32,000 nucleotides of DNA from Vibrio vulnificus CMCP6 (GTDB taxonomy: Bacteria; Pseudomonadota; Gammaproteobacteria; Enterobacterales; Vibrionaceae), in the NCBI RefSeq assembly GCF_000039765.1, contig NC_004460.2:1650001-1682000 (forward strand). Reading direction: 5' to 3'. A program made the position numbers and the translations under genes. This document shows, one piece after another, positions 1 through 9,000 of the stretch. The notes under the pieces were generated by a model. It was given only the letters and a program-made list of their open reading frames with translations, was not told the DNA's origin and did no database searches. Within the stretch, counting starts at the first letter, position 1. Every line of letters begins with the position of its first letter.

Positions 1-1
1 A

Positions 2-3000
2 GTTAAGTTGTCCCTCTTTTTGCCGGTTGATCATGGCGAAGCACAACGCTTGCTGACGCAAATTTTGTTGGAAGGTACCCAAACGGATGCCGACGGCACC
101 ACGGAAACGGTGATTGCACCGTTGCCGATTGTGATTGAGGACGCGATAGTCTTCCCGCCGTTGGTGGACAGTGCGTCGTTGACGGTCACTATCGACGATG
201 GCGGCGATGGCTACGAAAATGCTCTCGAAGTACCTGGCACGCGGATTCACGGCAACACGGTGGATGTTCAGGATCTGCGTTTAGTCACCATTACCGTGAC
301 CGATTCGTTGGGTGCGACACTCACTTTCACCACCCGAGTGGAGAACAACCAATATCAGATTTTCCTTGTCGATTTGAGCTCGCTTGCCGAAGGGCCGCTC
401 ACGGTCGAGGCAGAAATTCATGACGCCTACGGCAAAGTCATCACCGCCAACGACACCACCATCAAAGACACATTGGCTGAAATTGATGTTGCCTTTGATG
501 GTCAAGGGGATGCATTTTTAAATCAGTTTGAAGTGGCCACCACCACGCTCAATGGCCACGTGGCCAACGTGGAAGATGGACAAACCATCAACATTGAAAT
601 CATAGATGGACAAGGCGGACGACTGACGTTTACCACTGTGGTATCGGGCGACCAATGGTCTTTGGATGTTGATTTGAGCACGTTAAGTGATGGTGAACTG
701 ACGGTACACGCTCAAACCATTGATATCGCGGGCAACCCTACCACCTCACACAACACCATAGTGAAAGATACTCAAGCGTCCATTACGGTTGAGATTGACA
801 GTGGTGATGACGACTTATTGAATCCAGCAGAGTTGACTTCGGTAAAAGTCAGCGGTTTGGTTAGTCATATCGAAGATGGCCAAAGCGTGAATGTGGTGCT
901 GTCGGACTCGGCAGGCAACACCATGACAGTGCAAACCACGATTGTGGGTGGGGCATGGGCAATCGATAATCTCGATCTTTCAGGCTTTGTGGATGGCGAG
1001 ATATCTGCCACCGTCTCGACCGTCGATGTGGCAGGCAACCCCGCAACGGCAACGGATAGTGCGACGGTAGATACCACGGCTCCAACCATTGATATTGATA
1101 CGTTCGATGGTCTCAACATTCTGCAGTTTAAATTAGGGACCAATACCGCGTTGCAAGGCACCACAACGGGAGCAGAAGCTGGCCAACCAGTGGTGGTCAC
1201 CATCAGCGATGGCACTCAAAGTATTCGTGTTACCACGAGCGTGGACGCCGCGGGGAGCTGGCAATTTGCAACCATTGATGTAAGCGCCTTGAACAACCGC
1301 GCGACATGGACACTCACCGCCACGGTGACCGATGCCGCAGGAAACAGTGCGGTGGATGACATGCCCACGCTCACTTTCCCTGATGTGGTGACCGTGTATG
1401 AAGATTTGACGGTGGCGATTGGCAGCAGCGGCGCAACATCCGATATCAATGTGGAACAAGCGCAATTCCGATTCCATGAGGTTCAAACGGATCTAGAAAG
1501 TCTGACTTCGTTTGGTCAAAGCATTACGAGCACGCTTTCAGCCGATGGGCTGACCTTAACCGCCACCCGTGCCGATGGTGAAATTTTACTGACGGCGCAT
1601 ATTGCCTCCAATGCGCAAGTTCAGTTGCAACTCTTCCTGCCGGTGGACCACGGCGATGCACAGCGCCTACTCACGGACCTGATGATTGCGGGAACGCAAA
1701 CCGATGCCGATGGCACCACTGAAACGGTGCTAACGCCACTGCCCATCGTGATTGAAGACGCGATTGTCTTTCCTCCGTTGGTTGATAGCGCAGAGATCAC
1801 CGTGGTGATTGACGATGGTGGCGATGGCTACGAAAACCAGTTTGAAGTCCCCGCAGTGCGTATTCACGGTAACACAGTGGATGTTGAGGATTTACGCCTC
1901 GTTACCATTACCGTCACGGATGTGGATGGAAAGGTGCTGACCTTTACCACCCGCGTTTCCGATAACGCCTATCAAGTGAGTCCGGTTGATCTCAGCTCAT
2001 TGGCGGAAGGGCCACTGACGGTGGAAGCGGAAATTCACGACGTCTATGGCCATTCCGTGTCGGCCAGTGATTCCACCATCAAAGACACCTTGGCGGAGAT
2101 CAGCACCGATTTCCAAGGCAATGGCGATGAGTTCTTCAATAAAGCCGAAATCACCACCAGTGGTATCACTGGGACAGTGAGCAATGTGGAAGATGGCCAG
2201 CGCATAGATATTGAAGTGGTGGATCATCTCGGTAATCGCTTAACCTTCACAGCGACCGTGAGTGGCAACAGTTGGTCAATTAACGAAGATCTCTCTGCTC
2301 TTGCTGAAGGTGAGCTCACCGTGCATACGCAGACAATTGACGTCGCAGGCAATCCCACCACGGACACCGATACCATTGTCAAAGACACGCGCGCACTGAT
2401 CAGCGTGAATATCGCCTCAGGCAGTGATGCGCTGCTCAACGCAACTGAAGTGACCGCCACCGATCTGTTTGGTCGCGTCTTTTTTGTCGAAGAGGGACAA
2501 ACGGTTTCCGTCACGGTGACGGATCACGCGGGCAAAGTGCTGACGTTTAGCACCACGGTGGTAAACGGACGCTGGGAAGTTGCCGACGCGGATCTCTCTA
2601 GCCTTGCTGACGGGCCGATTGCGGTGACAGCGTCGGTCAGTGATGTGGCGGGCAACGTGGCGACGGCCAGTGATTCGGTGCATGTGATTGATACTTTGCC
2701 ACCACAAATTGACATCGATACGCTTGATGGCTTGAGCGTGGTAGATTTTCGTTCTGGCAGCTTAACAACCCTTCAGGGCACGACCACAGCGGAAGAAAAT
2801 CAAACCGTCACGGTGACGATCAGCGATGGGGTGAACACGCTGACTTACACCACCTTAGTCAGCGCCAGCGGCTCATGGCAGGTTGAAGGCGTGGATATTG
2901 CGACTTTAGATCAAAACCGTGAGTGGCAAATTCAAGCTGACGTAACAGATTTGGCTGGTAACCCAGCTAACGACGGCATGCCAACGGTGATCTACCCAGA

Positions 3001-6000
3001 CGGCGCCGTGTTTGTTGAGGCGCTCGTCGGCATTCTAGGTGAGCAAAATGCGACGGTTGATCTCAATATCCAATTTGGTGAATTTACGTTCCACAGCGAT
3101 CAAAGTGCGTTTGCTTCTTTGACTTCGCAAGGCTTGGCATTAACCGTGGTCATTTCGCCCGATGGTCAAACATTGACGGCCACTCGCACGGATGGTCAGC
3201 AGGTGTTGACGGCCGAGATAGTAGGTGACCAAGTGAAGATCAGCCTGAAAAAGCCGATCGATGAAATTCGCGACTTGGATGCAACGCACACCTCGTTGTT
3301 GATTCAAGCGACACAAACGGATGCCGATGGCACCAGTGAAACCGTCGTTGCCCCCGTTTCCATTGTCGTGCTCGACTCTCAACCGATTTCGTTTGATGAC
3401 CATTACCTGGCAACAGAAGGGCACAATGAGTTTGGTAACCTGCTTGCCAACGATTTTGACCTTGATGCGCCACTGCTGGTGAAAAGTATTTTGATTAACG
3501 GTGAAACGCATGTGGTTTCGCAAAGCACACCACTGAGCTTAACGCTGCCAGAGGGCATCCTTACTATCTATTCCGATGGTCGTTGGACCATGGCCGTCAG
3601 CCGAGATCTCGACCATAACCAAAGCCAGCAAGTGACGTTTTCCTACATCGCAGGGGATAAAAGCTACGATTACGACTCCGCCAATGTGGTGATCGATATT
3701 CGTGATGGGGAAGCTGGGCGCATTGAATCGAGCAATCAAACGGTGACCGAGTCTCTAATCACGGCGGATGCGCAGGTGTTGAACAGCACTATTCATGTGA
3801 CGGGCGGTTCGGATAATCCTGATCCGGACTCGCTGCGTTTTGATGAATCTGCGCTGCTGGATTTTGATGCATTGAACCTGACCAGTGGGGAAAGTTTACT
3901 CGAGTTGAGCTACCAACTGAGCACTGATGGGAAAACCATTACCGCCAGTTCGACGGGCGGTGAGGTGATTTTTACCCTTGCCATCAGCGGCGCGGTGCTC
4001 AGTGGCAGCGACGTACAAGCCAGCTTAACACTGACGTTGAATCGTCCGATCAATCAAGCGAATGGTGACGATGTGACTCGTTTACCAGTCACCATCACAG
4101 GCACCGACAGCGATGGTACCACGTTGATTTCCGGTGATTTTGTATGGCATATCAACGATGGCGCTAACCCTACGCTCGCCAATGGTGATGGGGTGTTCCT
4201 TAATGAAGAAGGGCTGCTAACCCAATCCAGTCTTGTCGACAACGGTACGGTGAACGTCACCGTGGGCAGTGATCCGATCGCTGAGCTGTATTTCGATTTG
4301 GCTGGTCAGCCAACGTTAACCAGTGGTGGTGAGGAGATCGCGTATACCATCTCGCCAAACGGCAATGTATTGCAAGCGTATGTGGGCGATATCAGCAATG
4401 TGATTTTCCAAGTGGTGATTGAAGAGCCGAGTTCAGAAAATGATTCTGTGATCAACTATCAGTTCACCTTGTATCAAGCACTCGACCAACACGATGCAGA
4501 TGAAATCGACACGATTCCGCTGGTGATCAGCGTGAGGGATACGGATGGTGATGTTCAACGCTTGCCTCTTGACATTGAAATCCAAGACGGCCATCAAGGT
4601 GAATTGAGCTCAGGCACGCTGGTGATTACCGAGCTGCCGAAAGATGATTTAACCCCGTCGGGTATCACCGCTGAAGCGAGTGTGAATCTGGTGGTCACCG
4701 CCGATACCGACCCCATTGTGGCGGTGACATTAGCCGTGGCCAATGGTCAAGCAGTGATTGATGGCAATGGCGTGGCACTGACGCACAATGGTGAAGCGAT
4801 TGTCTGGCGAGTCAACGGTGATGGTAGCTACGATGCGGTTCTAGCCGATGGTACACGAGTGCTGACCGTGACGTTGCCTGATGATGTGAATGTTGAGGCG
4901 GATACCGCGATCAACGTTGAGCTTTCTGTTCATCTCTATTTACCTGTCGATCACCATAAACCGGAGGCAGACAACCAGCTTTCTCTCTCTCTGCCAGTCA
5001 CCGCAACGGATTCTGATGGCACGTTTGTCACCAGTGACAGCACCTTGATTATCTACGATGGCGAAACGCCAGTGCTGACGGTGGCAGGCAACGTGACTGT
5101 CGATGAACATGGCATTGTCGGTGACGGAACCGAGAATGGGATAGAAAGCGTTAAACACGTTTTGAGCATCGATGGTGGCAGCGATGACGTTGCCGACATT
5201 CAAATTGATGTCGCGGCGTTTAATGCACACGGGTTCACCAGCGGTGGCTTAGCCATCACACTGCACGCGCAAAACAGCAACGGCTGGTTTATTGCTAAAA
5301 ACAGTGCTGGGGAAGTGGTGTTTAAAATCCGTCCAAACAACAATGGTAAGGTTGATTTTTCATTACAAGGAGCGCTTGATCACCCTGATGGTAACGGCAC
5401 CAACTTACTCGATTTGCCTTTTGAAATGTGGGTCATCGATGCCGATGGCGACATCTCTTCCACCGAAACTTTAACTGTGACGGTGACCGATGATGTGCCC
5501 ATTGCACAAAACACCAGTGTCGAGCTGGTGGAAGGAGACAGTTACACCACCAACTTGCTGCCTGAATCAGTGATGGGTGCCGATGGCGCTGAAATCAGCA
5601 GCGTTACGTATCGCGGTACAACCTATCCGCTCTCGGCGGATGGCTCACCAGTGACCATTCAGCTCGTTAACCCGAATGTACCAAGCGAGGTGTACGGCAC
5701 ATTAGTCGTGCATCAAGATGGCACATTTGAATTAACCACCAACCCAAGTGTGACCACGGTTCCTGCGATTTCGGACACGGTAAGTTATGTCGTTATTGAT
5801 GGCGACGGCGACCAAGTGACCAGCACCGCAACGCTGGTCTTGGATGATACGGCGGGAATCTTGCGCGTTGAAGATCTCGAGATGCGGGAAGATGAACAAG
5901 GGACACTTTCCATCGTCGTTGCACTGGGCGATCGCGATCAAGGAGAGGTGGTGGACTCGATAGAGATTGATGCCAACTCTCTGCAAGGAGGCACCTTATA

Positions 6001-9000
6001 TCTCGATGGCGTCGCGCTTAATGCGGTGGGTGGCAAAGTTATTCTCTCGGGTAGTCAGTTGTTGATGATTGGCAACCAAGTGACGGTGGCAGGCGCACTG
6101 ACCTATCAACCTGCAACCCATTTAGCCAGCAATACCGCTACGATTGTTTTGGCGGTCAGCGCAATCATCGCCAGTACCACAGGCAGTGAAACCTTGGCGG
6201 ACACCATTGATGTCAATGTGTTCCCCGTTGCGGATGTACCGACATGGCAAGCTGATTTACAGTATGACTACACCCTTGTTGAAGACAGTTCAGAGCCATT
6301 AACGTTGACGTTGAACGCCGATCTTGTCGACAGCGACAGCTCTGAGAGCCTCAGTTATCTGATCTCCGGCATTCCAGCGGGAATTACCGTTTGGCTCGAT
6401 GGCAGCCAAGTCAACGAAACCACCGCCTATAGCGAAGAAGAATTGAATCGCATGACGATTCGATCTGACACCAATATTTCTGGACAATTCACCTTTACGG
6501 TCACCGCCATAGCAACGGAAGCGGGTAGTAGCTTCGCCAGTCCAAGCGATCAAACCGCAGTCGCTTCTCAGCAAGTGACCATCAATGTCCGACCGGATGC
6601 CGATACGCCGTCGCTATCTGTGAAAAACATTGCGGGCTTAGAAGATCAGCCGTTGAACCTCCACGATGCTATTAAAGGACATCTTAACGATACGGATGGT
6701 TCTGAAACGCTCTACTACAAGCTTGAAGTGGCAGAGGGTTGGAGCGTCGAAGGGGGCACTTCCTCAAGGCTCGAAGATGGGACCTATTGGTTCTCGGATG
6801 CTGAGCTGGTGGCTGGTCACATCTATCTGGTGCCGAAAGAGGATATCAGTTCGGTGACCGAAACGTTGAGCGTCAAAGTCACCGCAGTTGCGGTGGAGTC
6901 CAATGTTGATGGATTAGTGCCTGTAAACCCAAGCGCGAACAGTGTGACAGAGACCATTACCATTCGTCTCACTGGCGTGGTTGATGAACCGTTGGCGGTC
7001 GATGGTGGAGAGGGCCACTGGCGTTATGACGCAGAAACAAAAGTGATCAGTAACCAAGTCGATTTCATCGAAGATCAATTGATCCCGCTTGATTTTGTCT
7101 TGGTGACCTCAGATGACGATGGCTCCGAAGTGATCAACATTTTGATCACGGGCATTCCTGATGGCGTAATGCTCGTGGATGCTGCTGGGCAGCCGGTGAG
7201 TTTGCCGATCTCGGGTGAAGACCCAATCACAGGGATCATTTATCAAGTGACTAATAGCGATTTGGCCAACTTGTATCTCAAAGTACCTGAGGATTACAGT
7301 GGTCAATTGCAACTCTCGCTTAAAGTGATCTCCACTGAGCCAGATGGTGACTCGGGCGAGTTTCCCATGACGGTAGATATTGAAATCAAGCCGCAAGTGG
7401 ATGAGAACTCTGGCTCAACGCTCAGCTCCTTGGGTGTGGAAGACAACGCCGTTCCTCTTACTTTATGGCCTTCGCTGGGAGCCGATAACGATGGCAGCGA
7501 AGAGGTGATTGGCTACGTGATTCATGCACCAGAGCAGGGAATCACGCTCTATTTTGATGGCGTTGAAATAACGATTCCTACGGGTGGATTAGATGTCTCA
7601 AGCTTGACGGACTCTCTTTCCCCCGATCTGGAATCGTTGTTAACCAGTGGCCGTTTAACCGCCAAAGGACCGATGGATTTCAGTGGTACGCTCGATATTC
7701 CAGTGACTTATTTGGTGCAGGATACCTCTGGTACAGGCGCCATTGACCAGAAATATGTTGATGCGACCATCGCAGTGAATTTTGATGCCCGCGTTGAACT
7801 CGACACACGCTTAGAAGGCAATCCAAGAGTATTGGCTAACACCGAAGGCGGACCCGTCGATCTCACTTACGCGGTGCGTTTTGTTGATATGGATGTGGAT
7901 GGCTCAGAGTATCTTGATTATATCGTCATCAAAGTCCCGGCAGGTTTAACCTTGATTGTCGACCACCCGAATGGGGCCACTCAAGACGGTGACGGAAACT
8001 GGGTGATCCCAGCGCATGGCCTAACCAGTGATAGCGTGCGAGAGATGGCGGCGCTGATCCTCAAGGATGCGACGATTTCGTCGACACAAAATACTGAGAT
8101 TATTAATCTGGTGATTTCAGCACGTGTGATTGATGGGGAGGATGCCCGCTTTATCGACGCGCCGATCCGAGTGCAATTTACCGGCCATGATGATGGTGGC
8201 GGCAGCTGTGATCCGGTGGGGCCTCCTGGCGATCTGACTCCGGGTGATGACGCGTTGCAGTTTAACGAAGGAGAAGACCTCGATTTGTCTGGTCTGCTCG
8301 ATGGTAATATTGGCAGTGATCCAAATAACGAACTCTCATTCTTTATTAGCGCCGATAAACTGCCAGACGGCGTAATGATTGAAGGAGAAGGGGTCACCAT
8401 TGAGTATGACAGCGCCGGTAACATCGTCGGCTTTGTTATTCCGCCTGAAGCAATGGCGAGTTTAAAAATCACCGGTTTGGATGAAGACTTTGCGGGTTGC
8501 CTTTCTCTCGAAGTGGAAATCAAAGAAACCTCTGGCTGCAATGGTGACAGCGTCACTACGACGCAAACCATTGATATCGAAATTCTGCCAGTGGTTGACG
8601 ACTTAGTGGTCTCCTCGATCACGTCGATGGATGAAGATGTGGTCACTCAGTTAGACCTCAGTGTTGTACTGGGAGACAGCGTTGAGGCGGGACAAACCAT
8701 CAGTGGTGAGGGTAACAGTGCAACGGGTAAAGAGACCATCAATAGCCTGATGATCAAAGTGCCAAGTGGCGTCACGTTAGTGGAAACTCCAGCGGACACT
8801 GGCTTGCTCACCGACAACGGTGATGGAACGTACACCATTAACGACGCGACGCGACTGACCGATATCAGCCTTGTCCCTCCGGCGCATTACAGTGGTGATA
8901 TTACCTTGGAAGTGCACGCGAACATTACCGATGCTGCGGATTGCGTCACGCAAACCGACACGCAAGACAAGGTATCGATCGTCACCATTCACATTGAACC

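Noticed and set aside
4982-4992. Short (TC)5 dinucleotide tract inside the adhesin gene, and an A7 run just after the carbonic anhydrase start codon (17122-17128), as possible phase-variation sites
   Set aside because: Both tracts are short compared with known slipped-strand switches. The (TC) tract simply encodes LSLSL within a repeat module.
7981-8646. 221-aa minus-strand ORF, plus many shorter ones between 281 and 10585, inside the adhesin gene
   Set aside because: All are antisense or out of frame to a gene with overwhelming coding evidence. Their products are low-complexity Ser/Thr/Pro/Val strings. That is what the reverse complement of an Asp/Gly/Thr/Val-rich repeat gene produces, and they have no RBS or family resemblance.
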